Positions 36,191 to 48,704 of a DNA stretch of 64,000 nucleotides are shown here, in pieces. The notes beneath the pieces were generated by a model. It was not told where the DNA came from and did not search any database. It saw nothing but the letters and a program-made list of their open reading frames with translations. Source of the DNA: a candidate division WOR-3 bacterium (GTDB lineage Bacteria; Hydrothermota; Tepidihabitantia; Tepidihabitantales; Tepidihabitantaceae); the NCBI GenBank assembly GCA_039801085.1, contig JBDRTY010000001.1:310852-374851 (forward strand), read 5' to 3'. The first letter of the stretch is position 1. Every line of letters starts with the position of its first letter. Made by a program: the position numbers and the translations under genes.

Positions 36191-37668
36191 TCGAGGATGA
36201 GCAGTTTTTGGCGCTGGTGGCGGTTGAGTTCAACTATGTAAGTTCCGGCTCTGGTGAATATGATTTCACTTACCGGGGCAGCGGTGGTGAATATGAGCAT
36301 GCCGGCAGAATTGTAAACCCGCACTGAAGCGGGGGGGGTGAGCGGAAAGCGATGACCGGTAAGCAGCCAAGCAGGTTTTTCAGGATAAACCGATTTTGTC
36401 CGGGCTGTCTGCCGAATCAATGTCTGTGTCAGTTGAACCGCCCGCCAGGCATTCACCAGTCCGTAGCCGAAACGGCTGTCTCTGCCGGCACTGCCCATGT
36501 CAATGGCACTGGCGGCAAGGATTGACCGGACATCGTTTGCACTTAATCCCGGGTCAAGGGCAAGGAGCAGAGCGGCAACGCCACTGACTTCGGGCGCTGC
36601 CATTGAGGTGCCACTGGCTTCGGCGTAGGAGCCTCCCAAGGTTGTTGAGAAGATACTGGTGCCAGGTGCCACCAGTTCCTGTTCCGGACCGTAATTGGAG
36701 AACCAGGCAAGTTCGGAGTTCTCGTTGGTAGCGCCGACGGCAACGCATTCACTGAGCCGGGCAGGATAGGTGATGGTTGATCTGCCGTCATTTCCTGATG
36801 CGGCAATCAGGAGGACGCCCCGGCTTGCCGCATACTGGCAGGCTTCGATGAGCACGGTTGAGGCAGCATCACCCCCGAGACTCATATTTATGATCCGGGC
36901 ACCATTATCAACCGCCCAGCGGATGCCCCGGGCAACATCACTCAGATTGCCACTGCCCGAGTCGTTTAGTACCCGGACCGCCAGGAGCTGAATCTGCGCC
37001 CAGCCAGCAACACCGATGAGATTGTCCCGGACGGCAGCAATGATGCCAGCAACATGGGTGCCGTGAAAGGCGTTTTCGATGCCCGGATTGTCCGGTTTCG
37101 GATCGTTATCATTATTGAGAAAATCGTAACCCAGCTCACCGGTGCGGAAGTTGGCGGCAAGGTCGGGATGGGTATAATCTACGCCATTGTCAACAACCGC
37201 TACCTTAAGTGTTCCACCGGTGACCACATCCCAGGCAAGGTCGGCATACATGATCCATTTGTCCCACTGGCGCAGCAGAAACTGGGGATCATTGGGTATA
37301 TTCAGGATGCGGGCAGGATAATCAGGTTCCACATACCGGATGCCGCGGAACTGGCTAAGTGCCGGCTGCACAAGTCGGCCTTGAGAGGAATCAATGGTAA
37401 TCACCAGAAAACGGGCGTTCGTGTCAATCAGCAGCATCCGGGCGCCAAGTTCCTGAATCTGCCTGATGATGGAAGTTAAGGCTTCGGGATAAAAGCCGAT
37501 GACGAGCCGGTCCCGGATTTCGGTGCCGGCCGGGAGATCGGGGGTAATGGTAGCAGTGGCAGTGAGTTGTTCCCGGATTATCGAGAGTCGGAGGATGTCA
37601 TCGGTGGTAATCGGCGGACAATCGGGACGGGGGATTAAGGTAAACAGCAGTAACAGCAGGTTGATCAT
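36187..37668 (-). CDS. S8 subtilisin-family serine peptidase with a T9SS C-terminal domain
   Basis: Catalytic triad contexts VAVVDNG, HGTHVAG, GTSMAAP. CTD ...GTYIVELNRHQRQKLLILD. Signal peptide. Confidence 0.7.
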   Translation of the reverse strand: MINLLLLLFTLIPRPDCPPITTDDILRLSIIREQLTATATITPDLPAGTEIRDRLVIGFYPEALTSIIRQIQELGARMLLIDTNARFLVITIDSSQGRLVQPALSQFRGIRYVEPDYPARILNIPNDPQFLLRQWDKWIMYADLAWDVVTGGTLKVAVVDNGVDYTHPDLAANFRTGELGYDFLNNDNDPKPDNPGIENAFHGTHVAGIIAAVRDNLIGVAGWAQIQLLAVRVLNDSGSGNLSDVARGIRWAVDNGARIINMSLGGDAASTVLIEACQYAASRGVLLIAASGNDGRSTITYPARLSECVAVGATNENSELAWFSNYGPEQELVAPGTSIFSTTLGGSYAEASGTSMAAPEVSGVAALLLALDPGLSANDVRSILAASAIDMGSAGRDSRFGYGLVNAWRAVQLTQTLIRQTARTKSVYPEKPAWLLTGHRFPLTPPASVRVYNSAGMLIFTTAAPVSEIIFTRAGTYIVELNRHQRQKLLILD

Positions 37669-38342
37669 CTTTCCAGCGTAAAGCGTGCCCAGTAGGTCCG
37701 AACCGTGCCGGAGGTATTGAGGAATACCAGATACCAGGTGCCACTGCTGGCAAACTGATAATTGAGGTTCACTTCAGGAGCATTCTGCTGCTCGTAAAGC
37801 GGGACATAGGAGCGTCCCTGACGGAACAGCTCAAAGTTCACCGGATCAAGCAGGGAGAAGCGGCTGATCGTGCCCGAAACTGCCCGGGCGTCCCCCAGAA
37901 CCTTTCTGCCGGAATCGGCACTGAACTCAATCCAGCGATAGTAGTTGTGGTTGAGGGTGATTTTGCCGTGGAAGATGCTCTGCTGGCCAATGGCGGCGAT
38001 CTGAAGATTTACCGTATCGCTTGTGCCCCGGTTGCCAGCGAGGTCGGCAGCAATGCAGTAAATTTTATGCCAGGAGCCGGGTTCGAGCGCACTGGTATTC
38101 CATTCAAAAGTTGCGGCAGCCGAACTTTCACTGGCGATCATAATGCCGTCAGCATAAAAATCGATGGCGGTAACACCGTTAGAGTCATATGCCTCGACCT
38201 GCACCGGTACCGTTCCGCTGACTATGGCGGAATCAGGAGGGGATAGGATGTGACAGCTGGGCGGAGTTGTGTCCAGCAGTTTAAACAGCAGATCACAGCC
38301 GGTGAGCAGCAGTATCAGCAGTATCCAGGGTTTAAATTTCAT
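37665..38342 (-). CDS. Lipoprotein with an Ig-like (Big-type) domain, hypothetical
   Basis: Lipobox LLTGC. VSGTVPVQVEAYDSNGVTAIDFYADG pattern. Overlaps the downstream gene's start. Confidence 0.4.
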   Translation of the reverse strand: MKFKPWILLILLLTGCDLLFKLLDTTPPSCHILSPPDSAIVSGTVPVQVEAYDSNGVTAIDFYADGIMIASESSAAATFEWNTSALEPGSWHKIYCIAADLAGNRGTSDTVNLQIAAIGQQSIFHGKITLNHNYYRWIEFSADSGRKVLGDARAVSGTISRFSLLDPVNFELFRQGRSYVPLYEQQNAPEVNLNYQFASSGTWYLVFLNTSGTVRTYWARFTLER

Positions 38343-39714
38343 ATTCAGCGCCCTTTTCCGGGATGGTGATTTCCGGAATACCGAGCTGATGCAGCGGTTC
38401 TATAATTGCCTGCGCTGCCTGAGGTTCGGCATGGACGATAAATATCCGGCGGAGGCGCCGGAGGTTCATATTTTTAACATATTCAAGCAGGGCGTTGCGG
38501 TCGGCATGGGCGCTGAATTCGTTCATGACTTCAATTTCTGCCCGCACCGGAAATTCCTCGCCGAAGATCTTTACCACCGGCTGATGCTCCACGAGGCGCC
38601 GGCCCAGGGTGTGCTGCGCCTGAAAGGAGACGATGAGAATCAGATTTTTCGGATCGGTGATAGAGTGTTTTAAATGATGCAGTACCCGGCCGGCTTCACA
38701 CATACCCGAAGGGGAGATAATGATACAGGGTTCATGGAGCTGATTCAGTTTTTTTGATTCATTGACATCTTCTATATAACGCAACCCCGGGAAATCAAAA
38801 GGTCCGTCATATTCGCCATTAACAAGAGTCTGGGTTTCAGTGTCAAAATAGGCAGTACTGTTGCGGTAGACTTCCGTCACCTGACTGGCAAGCGGTGAGT
38901 CAACAAAAACCGGAAGGTCCGGAATTGCGGACTCCTGACGGAGCAGTTTCAGATTGTAGACAATTTCCTGTGCCCGTTCAACCGCAAACGCGGGGATGAT
39001 AATTCTTCCCCCGCGTTCTACCGTCCGGTTGATGATGGCGGCAAGCCGGTTGCGGACATCACGATAGTCGCCATGGAGCCGGTCACCATAGGTTGCCTCC
39101 ATGATCAGAATATCCGCTTCAGTTACCTGGACCGGGTCACGGATGATGGGCATCTTTTTGCGGCCCAGGTCGCCGGTAAAGAGTATCCGCTGGTTTTCTA
39201 CCTCAATGTCAATAAGTGATGAGCCGAGAATATGACCGGCATCGTGGAAATGAACGGTAAATGGTCCGAGTTTCTCCCTGCGGGCATAGCTGATTCCCTG
39301 GAGGCGGGTCAGGGCATGTTCAGCATCGGCGGTGGTATAGATCGGTTCCTTGGGCGGTTCGCCGCGTTCCCGGCGTTTTTTGTTCAGATATTTGATGTCA
39401 CCTTCCTGGATTTTGGCGGCATCCAGCAGCAGAAGCCGGCTGAGTGCCACCGAGGGTTTGGTCATCAGTACCTTTCCCCGGTAGCCGTTTTTGATCAGGT
39501 TGGGCAGGTTGCCGATATGGTCGATATGGGCATGACTGATGCAACAGTAGTCAATCTGACGGGCGTCAAAAGGCAGATGGCGGTTAATTTCTTCCGCCTC
39601 CTGCCGGTGTCCCTGAAACAGCCCGCATTCCAGAAGCAGTGATTTGCCGCCGGATTTCAGAATGTGCTGTGACCCGGTGACCGTGCCGACTCCGCCCCAG
39701 AACTGAATTTTCAT
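38332..39714 (-). CDS. MBL-fold metallo-hydrolase with beta-CASP/RNA-specificity domain (RNase J/CPSF-like ribonuclease)
   Basis: HxHxDH as ISHAHIDHIG, plus downstream beta-CASP motifs. 460 aa. Confidence 0.7.
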   Translation of the reverse strand: MKIQFWGGVGTVTGSQHILKSGGKSLLLECGLFQGHRQEAEEINRHLPFDARQIDYCCISHAHIDHIGNLPNLIKNGYRGKVLMTKPSVALSRLLLLDAAKIQEGDIKYLNKKRRERGEPPKEPIYTTADAEHALTRLQGISYARREKLGPFTVHFHDAGHILGSSLIDIEVENQRILFTGDLGRKKMPIIRDPVQVTEADILIMEATYGDRLHGDYRDVRNRLAAIINRTVERGGRIIIPAFAVERAQEIVYNLKLLRQESAIPDLPVFVDSPLASQVTEVYRNSTAYFDTETQTLVNGEYDGPFDFPGLRYIEDVNESKKLNQLHEPCIIISPSGMCEAGRVLHHLKHSITDPKNLILIVSFQAQHTLGRRLVEHQPVVKIFGEEFPVRAEIEVMNEFSAHADRNALLEYVKNMNLRRLRRIFIVHAEPQAAQAIIEPLHQLGIPEITIPEKGAEYEI

Positions 39715-40550
39715 CTGACGAGGCTCCGCACGGTGCGCATGTTTTCCAGATCGTCCTTGATGCTGGTACGGGGGGTTTCCATGATGCCGGGCAGTTTTCT
39801 GAGCAGCGGATGGTTAACGATTTCGCTGAATCCGGCAAGACCGATTTCACCTTTGCCGATGTGCCAGTGGCGGTCAACTCGAGAACCGAATGGTGTTTTG
39901 GAATCATTGAGGTGAATCAGGTAAAGCCGGCTGAAGCCGATTGCCCGGTCAAACTGCCGCAGAGTTTCGTCAATTGCCGGGCGGGTACGCCAGTCATAAC
40001 CCGCTTCAAACGAATGGGCGGTGTCAAGGGTAACCCCGAGCCGGTCCCGGTCTTCAACCTGCTCGATGATCTCAGCAATCTGTTCAAACCGGTAACCGAT
40101 TTCCGAGCCCATGCCGGCGGTGTTTTCCAGCAGGAGCTTTACCCGGTTCGGGACAAGTCGGAAAATCCGGTTGATGTTTTCAGCCACCCGCTGCAGTGCG
40201 GATTTTTCCTCCGTTCCCATTGCCTTGCCGACATGAACGACCAGAAAATCAATACCAAGGGTTTCGCACCTTTTCAGGTCATCAGCAATTGTCGTGATTG
40301 ATCGTTTTTTCAACTCCGGATCAGTAGCAGCAAGATTGGGGAGATATGGGGCATGGGCGAAGACAGGGCTTATTTCCGATTTCCTGATTTCCTCGCGGAA
40401 TCTTGCGACATCTTCTTCTTTCAGGGGTGAGGCACTCCAGCCCCGGGGAGAACGGGTAAAGAGCTGGACGGTATCACAATTCAACTCCTCAGCCCGTGCC
40501 CTGACATTGGCGAAACCGCCGGCGATCGAGATGTGAAACCCGAAGCGCAT
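39711..40550 (-). CDS. nfo: Endonuclease IV (AP endonuclease, deoxyribonuclease IV)
   Basis: MRFGFHISIAGG start, TIM-barrel Nfo motifs (HAPYLPNLA, LLENTAG). I prefer the internal M as start. The ORF is open to 40595. Confidence 0.8.
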   Translation of the reverse strand: MRFGFHISIAGGFANVRARAEELNCDTVQLFTRSPRGWSASPLKEEDVARFREEIRKSEISPVFAHAPYLPNLAATDPELKKRSITTIADDLKRCETLGIDFLVVHVGKAMGTEEKSALQRVAENINRIFRLVPNRVKLLLENTAGMGSEIGYRFEQIAEIIEQVEDRDRLGVTLDTAHSFEAGYDWRTRPAIDETLRQFDRAIGFSRLYLIHLNDSKTPFGSRVDRHWHIGKGEIGLAGFSEIVNHPLLRKLPGIMETPRTSIKDDLENMRTVRSLVR

Positions 40551-40608
40551 TTTTATGATGCTACCCTGCTGACGGTTTAAGTCAATGATATTCACGGGTT
40601 AGGTTTGC

Positions 40609-40636
40609 TTGACACTTGTGAAATGCGGTCTATAAT
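40609..40636 (+). promoter_or_regulatory. Near-consensus sigma70 promoter TTGACA-N16-TATAAT driving tRNA-Arg
   Basis: -35 at 40609..40614, -10 at 40631..40636. The tRNA starts 10 nt downstream. Confidence 0.6.
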
Positions 40637-40645
40637 CCACTATGC

Positions 40646-40719
40646 ACCCCTGTAGCTCAGCAGGATAGAGCAGCGGTTTCCTAAACCGCAGGTCGCCCGT
40701 TCGAGTCGGGCCAGGGGTA
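40646..40719 (+). tRNA. tRNA-Arg (anticodon CCT)
   Basis: Acceptor ACCCCTG/CAGGGGT, D-arm GCTC..GAGC, anticodon loop TTCCTAA, T-loop TTCGAGT. Confidence 0.75.
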
Positions 40720-40771
40720 GAGGTGTATGATGAAACAGAAGTTTTACAGAAAATAAAAACCGGGAGAAAAG

Positions 40772-41473
40772 GTGAGAATCAAGCATCGGGTCAGCAAGGA
40801 TGAGTTGAAAGAGGATAAATTCCAGGAGTTCGTCGAAAAGGCGGCGGAGTTTTATTATGAGAATCCGCGCCGGTTCTGGATCGGAGTTGCGGTCGGAATT
40901 CTGGTGATTGCTGGTGTCATTCTCCTGATTCAAAACCGGCCGAAACCGGTTCGGAGTGCCGAAGCAGAGCTGAGGCTGATGGATGCCCTTTCCAATCTCT
41001 ATCAGGGCAAGTATGATTACGCGGAGATGGCACTCAAGGAGCTGACAGCAAAATTTCCCCGTGATTATGCCGGCATCAAAGCCCATTTCTATCTGGGCAC
41101 ACTCTATTTCGGGTCTCAGGAGCCGCGACTGGCGGAGGCAAAGCGGGAGTTCGGAATTTTTTTGAAAAAGGCAAAAAATGATCTGCTGTTGACCCCGGCC
41201 GCCCAGTACGGAATTGCCGCCTGTGAGGAGCAGGCAGGAAATTATCTGCAGGCAGCCAGGCTTTATGAGTCAGTCTACCGTAAATATAAGGAGCTGCCGC
41301 TGGCACATGAGGCGGTGCTGGCAGCCGGGCGCTGTTTCCGGCTTGCTAATAAGCTTGATGAGGCGGAAAAGCTGTACAGTGACTATCTGGAAAAAGACAA
41401 GCCGGCAGCAATGAAGGCAGAGGATGTCAGGGTTCAGCTCGGTTACATCCGGGCACTCAAGAACCGGTTATAA
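40772..41473 (+). CDS. TPR-repeat membrane protein (YfgM-like ancillary translocon/chaperone family candidate). GTG start.
   Basis: One TM helix followed by TPR-like helical repeats. 233 aa. Confidence 0.45.
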   Translation: MRIKHRVSKDELKEDKFQEFVEKAAEFYYENPRRFWIGVAVGILVIAGVILLIQNRPKPVRSAEAELRLMDALSNLYQGKYDYAEMALKELTAKFPRDYAGIKAHFYLGTLYFGSQEPRLAEAKREFGIFLKKAKNDLLLTPAAQYGIAACEEQAGNYLQAARLYESVYRKYKELPLAHEAVLAAGRCFRLANKLDEAEKLYSDYLEKDKPAAMKAEDVRVQLGYIRALKNRL

Positions 41474-42934
<1,461 letters not shown>

Positions 42935-42964
42935 TTCAGCCTGCGCAGGTTGGGACTGATTATT

Positions 42965-44317
42965 TTATGTCACCGGTGCCTTTGGTATAAACCCTTCCTT
43001 CATCATCCACTGGGTAAGTTCCCGCGCCTGCTTTATCTTTGCGGTGGCGGTTTTCATCAGTTCCTCGCGGGTCATCGTGACCCGGGCAACTCCCTGCTCG
43101 ATCGCCTTCATACCGACCGCCACCGCCTCGCGTGGAAATACCTCCCAGTCATCCATCGTCGGGATGAGATAATCTTCTCTTAAACCGCGGTCTTCGGCGA
43201 CCTTTGCCAGTTCGAGTGCTGCTGCAATGCACATCTCGTCGGTAATTGTTCGGGCGTTGACATCGAGCGCACCGCGGAAGATCCCAGGGAAGCCCAGCGA
43301 ATTATTCACCTGATTGGGGAAGTCGCTTCTGCCCGTGGCAACGACCCGGGCACCAGCTTCAATCGCCTCCCAGGGCCAGATTTCGGGAATCGGATTGGCG
43401 CAGACAAAGACGATTGCGTCCTTTGCCATTGCTTTGATCCACTCCGGTTTGACCACACCCGGTCCTGGTGTGGAAAGGGCAATCAGGACATCGGCGCCTT
43501 TCATCGCATCAGCAATTGTACCACGGACATTTTCATCATTGGTAATCTGACACATATGCCACTTTTCCTTGAATTCTTCCTGCAGTTCGGTTCTTCCTTT
43601 ATGCAGGGTGCCCTTGGAGTCGCACATGATGATATTACCCGGAGTAACTCCGCCTTTGATGATAACCCGGGCGATTGCGATATTGGATGCGCCGGCACCG
43701 AGCATCGCCACCTTGACTTTTTTGATGTCCTTGCCGACGATCTTTAAGGCATTAACCAGACCGGCATAGGTTACCGCTGCCGTCCCCTGCTGGTCATCGT
43801 GCCAGACTGGAACATCAAGTTCGGCGCGCAGGGTGTCAAGGATCCGGAAGCATTTCGGCTGGGCGATATCCTCGAGGTTGAATCCGCCAAAGGATGGTTC
43901 CAGCAGTTTGGCAGTCCGGATGAACTCATCCGGGTCCTTGGTACGGAGGGCAATTGGAACCGCATCAACTCCACCGAGGTACTTGAAGAGCAGTGCCTTG
44001 CCTTCCATTACCGGCATGGAGGCTTCGGGACCGATGTCCCCCAGTCCAAGTACGCGGGTGCCGTCGGTGAGCACGCAGATGGTGTTTGCCCGGTTGGTAT
44101 GGACAAAGGAAAGGTTTACATCTCTCTGGATTTCCTTGCAGGGTGCAGCAACACCCGGTGTATACCAGATTGCAAAGTCATTAAAGTCCCGAATACAGCA
44201 CTTGGGAGCAATCTGGTATTTTCCCCGATAAAAGGGATGAAGTTTCAAGGCATCTTCTGCCGGCTTTTTTGCCTTGGTAATCAGCTGTTCAATTTCAGCC
44301 GGGGTAAGTTTTTTCAT
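42965..44317 (-). CDS. NAD(P)-dependent malic enzyme (short form, no PTA domain)
   Basis: FYRGKYQIAPKC...WYTPGVAAPC...GTRVLGLGDIGP...GAGASNIAIA motifs. Confidence 0.85.
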   Translation of the reverse strand: MKKLTPAEIEQLITKAKKPAEDALKLHPFYRGKYQIAPKCCIRDFNDFAIWYTPGVAAPCKEIQRDVNLSFVHTNRANTICVLTDGTRVLGLGDIGPEASMPVMEGKALLFKYLGGVDAVPIALRTKDPDEFIRTAKLLEPSFGGFNLEDIAQPKCFRILDTLRAELDVPVWHDDQQGTAAVTYAGLVNALKIVGKDIKKVKVAMLGAGASNIAIARVIIKGGVTPGNIIMCDSKGTLHKGRTELQEEFKEKWHMCQITNDENVRGTIADAMKGADVLIALSTPGPGVVKPEWIKAMAKDAIVFVCANPIPEIWPWEAIEAGARVVATGRSDFPNQVNNSLGFPGIFRGALDVNARTITDEMCIAAALELAKVAEDRGLREDYLIPTMDDWEVFPREAVAVGMKAIEQGVARVTMTREELMKTATAKIKQARELTQWMMKEGFIPKAPVT

Positions 44318-44337
44318 TTTTGACTCCTTTTTTAAAA

Positions 44338-45564
44338 CTAAACCGTTTTTGCCTTTGCGGTTGGTGATTTAACCGTAATTATTACAATACCGGCAGCAAT
44401 ACAGAGCAGGGCGGTAATGAGGAAGGCGACATTGTAGTTGCCGGTAATTTCCTTGATCCGGGGTGCAAAAATGTTGGATAACAGTCCACCAACACCATAG
44501 GCGGTGAACACCAGCCCGTAGTTAATCCCCGAATTCTTTGTTCCATAAAAATCGGCGGTCACCGCCGGGTAAATTGCCAGATAGCCGCCGAAGCTGGAAC
44601 CGACCAGGGCAATGCCGATCCAGAAAATGAAGGGCAGGGAGGGGATCAGAAAATAACCGAGAATGGCAATGGCGTTGATGAGAAACATCAGGAAGAGTGC
44701 CCGGGTCCTGCCCAGACTGTCGGAGATTCTGCCCCAGAAGATTCTGCCCAGGGCGTTAAAGATTGCCAGCACGCTGACACCGAGCGCCGCGGTCTCCTTG
44801 CTGAATCCGCCCAGTTCCTGTGCGATGGGGGAGGTCTGGCCGATAATCATCAGACCGGCAGCACAGCCGGCAAAATAAGTGAGCCAGATGAGCCAGAACT
44901 GAATGGTAGCAAGCATCTGCCCGGCAGTATAATCGGTGCGCACGGGGGTACCGGCAGCCGGCTGGGGTGGATTCCAGCCCGTAGGCTTGTAACCGGCAGG
45001 CGGGTTGCGCAGGATAAGGGCACCGATGAGGATCAGGATCAAATACACCACACCGAGATACCGGAAGGTGGCAAACGGGCCGATTGCGTCAATCATCGCC
45101 CGGGCGAGCGGTCCGACGATCAGTGCTCCTGCGCCAAAACCGGCTACCGCCAGTCCGGTAATCAGTCCCCGCTTGTCCGGAAACCATTTGACACCGGCAG
45201 AGATCGGACAGACATAGGCAAAGCCGATGCCGATTCCGGAAATGATGCCATAGGCGATAACGAGCATGACGATGCTCGAAGCGAAACTGGCAAGAATCAT
45301 ACCCAGAGCAAGCAGGATACCCCCAATGATGGCAACGATGCGAGGACCAAACCGATCCTGCAGTCTGCCTCCGACAACGGTTGCCAGTGCAAAGAAAATC
45401 AGAACAAAGGAGAAGGGCAGCGATGCCTGAGTTGAGCCGATGTTCAGTGCGGACTCAAGAGGTTTGCGGAATACGCTCCAGGCATAAATTGCACCCAAGC
45501 ACAGCTGAATCAGCAGTGCTCCAACAACAATCAGCCAGCGGTTGAAGGTTCTTTTATCAGTCAT
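44338..45564 (-). CDS. MFS transporter, oxalate/formate antiporter (OFA) family
   Basis: 12 TM. N-terminal RWLIVVGALLIQLCLGAIYAWSVF typical of the OFA family. Confidence 0.7.
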   Translation of the reverse strand: MTDKRTFNRWLIVVGALLIQLCLGAIYAWSVFRKPLESALNIGSTQASLPFSFVLIFFALATVVGGRLQDRFGPRIVAIIGGILLALGMILASFASSIVMLVIAYGIISGIGIGFAYVCPISAGVKWFPDKRGLITGLAVAGFGAGALIVGPLARAMIDAIGPFATFRYLGVVYLILILIGALILRNPPAGYKPTGWNPPQPAAGTPVRTDYTAGQMLATIQFWLIWLTYFAGCAAGLMIIGQTSPIAQELGGFSKETAALGVSVLAIFNALGRIFWGRISDSLGRTRALFLMFLINAIAILGYFLIPSLPFIFWIGIALVGSSFGGYLAIYPAVTADFYGTKNSGINYGLVFTAYGVGGLLSNIFAPRIKEITGNYNVAFLITALLCIAAGIVIITVKSPTAKAKTV

Positions 45565-45638
45565 TGCGCAACCTCCCTTGATATTTGCGGACCCGGGCAG
45601 GAGCGCCGGACAAGCAAGACGCTCCTGCCCGTGGTATT

Positions 45639-47540
45639 TTACTCATCTAAGGTCGAGATGTCGCCGACCGGTTTGCCCAGAGCTTCAGCTTTCAGCAGCC
45701 GGCGCATGATTTTGCCCGAGCGGGTCTTGGGCAGTTTGTCCCGGAATTCAATTGATTCGGGCCGGGCGATCGGTCCGATTTCCTGAGCGACCCATTTCTT
45801 GAGTTCATCAGCCAGCGCGTCTGACGGCTGATAGCCGACTTTGAGAGTAACATAGGCTTTGGGTACATCACCCTTTACCTCATCCGGAATGCCGATGACC
45901 GCAGCCTCGGCAACCGCTGGATGGGCAACCAGTGCGGATTCGATTTCTGCAGTTCCCAGCCGGTGTCCGGCAACATTGAGCACCTCATCAGCGCGCCCGC
46001 GGAACCAGAAGTAACCGTCCTCGTCCCGGGTGCAGGAATCACCGGTGAGATACTTGCCCGGATACCGGGACCAGTATGCCTGAATATAACGGTCCGGATC
46101 CTTGTAGAGAGTCCGCAGCATCGAGGGCCAGGGGCGGGTGATTACCGCAAATCCGTTTTCGCCGGGTTTGATCGGGTTGCCTTCCTGAGATACAACATCA
46201 GCGGAGAAGCCGGGGAGCGGTTTCGTGGCGGACCCGGGTTTTAGTGGCGTGATCGGCAGGGGCGAGATTACAAACGAGCCGGTCTCGGTTTGCCACCAGG
46301 TATCCATGATTTGAAGCCGGTCGCCGCCGATGTGCTTACGGTACCAGCGCCAGGCTTCGGGGTTGATCGGTTCACCGACCGAACCGAGCAGACGCAGGGA
46401 TGACAGGTTGTGCTTCGCTGGATACTCTTCACCAAAACGCATGAACATCCGGATGGCGGTAGGAGAGGTATAGAGAATGGTTACCTTTTCCTGTTCGATG
46501 ATTGACCACCACCGGTCCGGGGCAGGGTAGTCCGGTGCACCTTCATAGAGGATGGAGGTTGCGCCCAGCATCAGTGGAGCATAGACGATATAGGAATGAC
46601 CCGTGACCCAGCCGATATCAGCAGCGCACCAGTAGATGTCCTGGGGTTTGATGTCAAAGACAAATTTCAGCGTAGTATAGGTACCGACCGCATAACCACC
46701 GTGGACATGGACAACGCCCTTGGGCTTGCCGGTTGTGCCCGAAGTGTAGAGGATGTAAAGCATATCTTCGGAATCTAACTGCTCAGTGGGACATTCTTCA
46801 GGTTCGTCAGCGGTCAGTTCGTGCCACCAGAGGTCGCGCCCCGGTTTCATTTCTACCGGATTGCCCGCGCGCTTGAATACGATACAGTGTTCAATTGACG
46901 GGCATTCTGCCAGCGCTGGATCGGCATTGGCTTTCAGGGTAACCAGTTTGCCCCGGCGATAGGCACCATCAGCGGTAATGAGAATTTTTGCTTCAGCATC
47001 CTGAATCCGGTCCCGGAGTGAGGCGGCAGAAAAGCCGGAGAAGACCACCGAATGGATTGCGCCGATCTTGGCACAGGCGAGCATCGCCACCGGCAGTTGC
47101 GGTATCATTGGTAGAAAGATTGTTACGCGGTCGCCCTTCTTAATCCCCAGTTTTTTAAGCGCATTGGCGAGTTTGTTAACTTCCTTATAAAGTTTTTCAT
47201 AGGTCCAGAGTTCCCGCTCGCCCGGCTCAGAATGATAGATGTAGGCAATTTTATTTTTTACATCAGTTTTCATATGCCGGTCGACGCAGTTGTGGGCGAT
47301 GTTGAATTTTCCGTCGACAAACCATTTGTAAAACGGGGCTTTTGATTCATCCAGCACTCTGGTCCATGGTTTGAACCATTCCAGCTCCTTCGCCATTTCT
47401 CCCCAGTACCACTCGAGATCCTGGGCACGTTTCAGCAGTTCGTCCAGTGTCTTGATACCGTGTTTCTTCATAAACGCCATAATATTGGAGTTTGCCACCA
47501 ACTCCTGCGGCGGTTCGTAGAATTTCGGCTCTTCTGCCAT
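45639..47540 (-). CDS. acs: Acetyl-CoA synthetase (AMP-forming acetate--CoA ligase)
   Basis: [13 protein letters not shown]-binding motif [12 protein letters not shown]-terminal [16 protein letters not shown]. 633 aa. Confidence 0.85.
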   Translation of the reverse strand: MAEEPKFYEPPQELVANSNIMAFMKKHGIKTLDELLKRAQDLEWYWGEMAKELEWFKPWTRVLDESKAPFYKWFVDGKFNIAHNCVDRHMKTDVKNKIAYIYHSEPGERELWTYEKLYKEVNKLANALKKLGIKKGDRVTIFLPMIPQLPVAMLACAKIGAIHSVVFSGFSAASLRDRIQDAEAKILITADGAYRRGKLVTLKANADPALAECPSIEHCIVFKRAGNPVEMKPGRDLWWHELTADEPEECPTEQLDSEDMLYILYTSGTTGKPKGVVHVHGGYAVGTYTTLKFVFDIKPQDIYWCAADIGWVTGHSYIVYAPLMLGATSILYEGAPDYPAPDRWWSIIEQEKVTILYTSPTAIRMFMRFGEEYPAKHNLSSLRLLGSVGEPINPEAWRWYRKHIGGDRLQIMDTWWQTETGSFVISPLPITPLKPGSATKPLPGFSADVVSQEGNPIKPGENGFAVITRPWPSMLRTLYKDPDRYIQAYWSRYPGKYLTGDSCTRDEDGYFWFRGRADEVLNVAGHRLGTAEIESALVAHPAVAEAAVIGIPDEVKGDVPKAYVTLKVGYQPSDALADELKKWVAQEIGPIARPESIEFRDKLPKTRSGKIMRRLLKAEALGKPVGDISTLDE

Positions 47541-47611
47541 GTTGTTTCCTCCTTTTTATAAAATTGTCCGGAGTTTTCAGTATATTGGCAGCCGGATTGA
47601 TGTCAAGAATT

Positions 47612-48517
47612 TCAAAATTGAACTGTAACCGGTGCCCAGTTGTAGCCGGAGTCCCGGCTGAGCAGGAGAGTCAGTTCGTCGCCACCGATGATTCCAACCA
47701 GACCATCGGTAAAGAAGCGGATGGTAAACAGGTCCCTGGTGGTCCCGCTGTTAATCCTCTCCCAGGTTTCGCCACCATCAAGGGTATGAATTACTGTGCC
47801 CTGGGCACCGACACAGAAGCCCGCCATGGTGTCATGACGCATGTCCAGCGAATAAAGTGGTGGTAGCACGAAATCAATTGGCAGTGGACGCCAGATTTCA
47901 CCACCGTTAGGGGTGAAAAACACTCTGCCGGAATTGGTAGTGGCAAATCCGACTACATCGTCTGCCGGAAAGTGAACTGCGGTAAAGTGCGTATTGGTAA
48001 CCAGTCCATTTACATTGCCGGTCTGGGAAAACCAGACTGAACCGCCGGTGGTGGTTTTCAGGATTGTGCCGTTAAGCCCCACCGCATAGCCGGTCAGCTC
48101 GTCTGCCGGAAAGTGGATGTCCATGATTTTTTCCTCAGTGGCAGTCGGCAGTTTTTCCCAGGTTCTCCCATAATCTGCGGTTCGAAGCACAGTCCCGCGG
48201 TCGCCGGCTACGAATCCGACTTCCGGCGAGACGGGAAATTTGATGGAACGCAGGTCAACCGTTACAGGGGCAGGAAGCTGTTTCCAGTTTCTACCTTCAT
48301 CTTCGGTTTTCAGGAGCGTTCCTCTATCACCACAGGCATAGCCAATCATCGCCTGCCCCGGGAAGCAGACACTGTAGAGATTGACCGTAGTCGGGACAGT
48401 GAGCCGGACCCAGGTGGCGCCACCGTCAACCGTTTTCAGCAGCAGACCGTTATCGCCGGCGGCAAAGGCAATCATCGTATCCTCCAGCGTAAAGACCGAA
48501 TTAATCCGGTTCGGCAT
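47612..48517 (-). CDS. BNR/Ycf48-like beta-propeller protein
   Basis: Repeated T.DGG.TW / T.D.G.TW and GT.L.T motifs across ~300 aa. Confidence 0.5.
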   Translation of the reverse strand: MPNRINSVFTLEDTMIAFAAGDNGLLLKTVDGGATWVRLTVPTTVNLYSVCFPGQAMIGYACGDRGTLLKTEDEGRNWKQLPAPVTVDLRSIKFPVSPEVGFVAGDRGTVLRTADYGRTWEKLPTATEEKIMDIHFPADELTGYAVGLNGTILKTTTGGSVWFSQTGNVNGLVTNTHFTAVHFPADDVVGFATTNSGRVFFTPNGGEIWRPLPIDFVLPPLYSLDMRHDTMAGFCVGAQGTVIHTLDGGETWERINSGTTRDLFTIRFFTDGLVGIIGGDELTLLLSRDSGYNWAPVTVQF

Positions 48518-48704
48518 GGATATACAATATAAAAACCTGATTTTTTGTCAATAACTTGTAATTGGCATGCTGAAGATATAACTTGACTTTGGGCAGGGCA
48601 GGGTTAAGTTTTAACTGCGACAGCATAAGGACCGTCCCGCAATGCGGTCGGCGGGAAAGTCCCAAGTAGTTAGGAAAGAGCTAATAAAGACCGAGGAGGA
48701 GTTA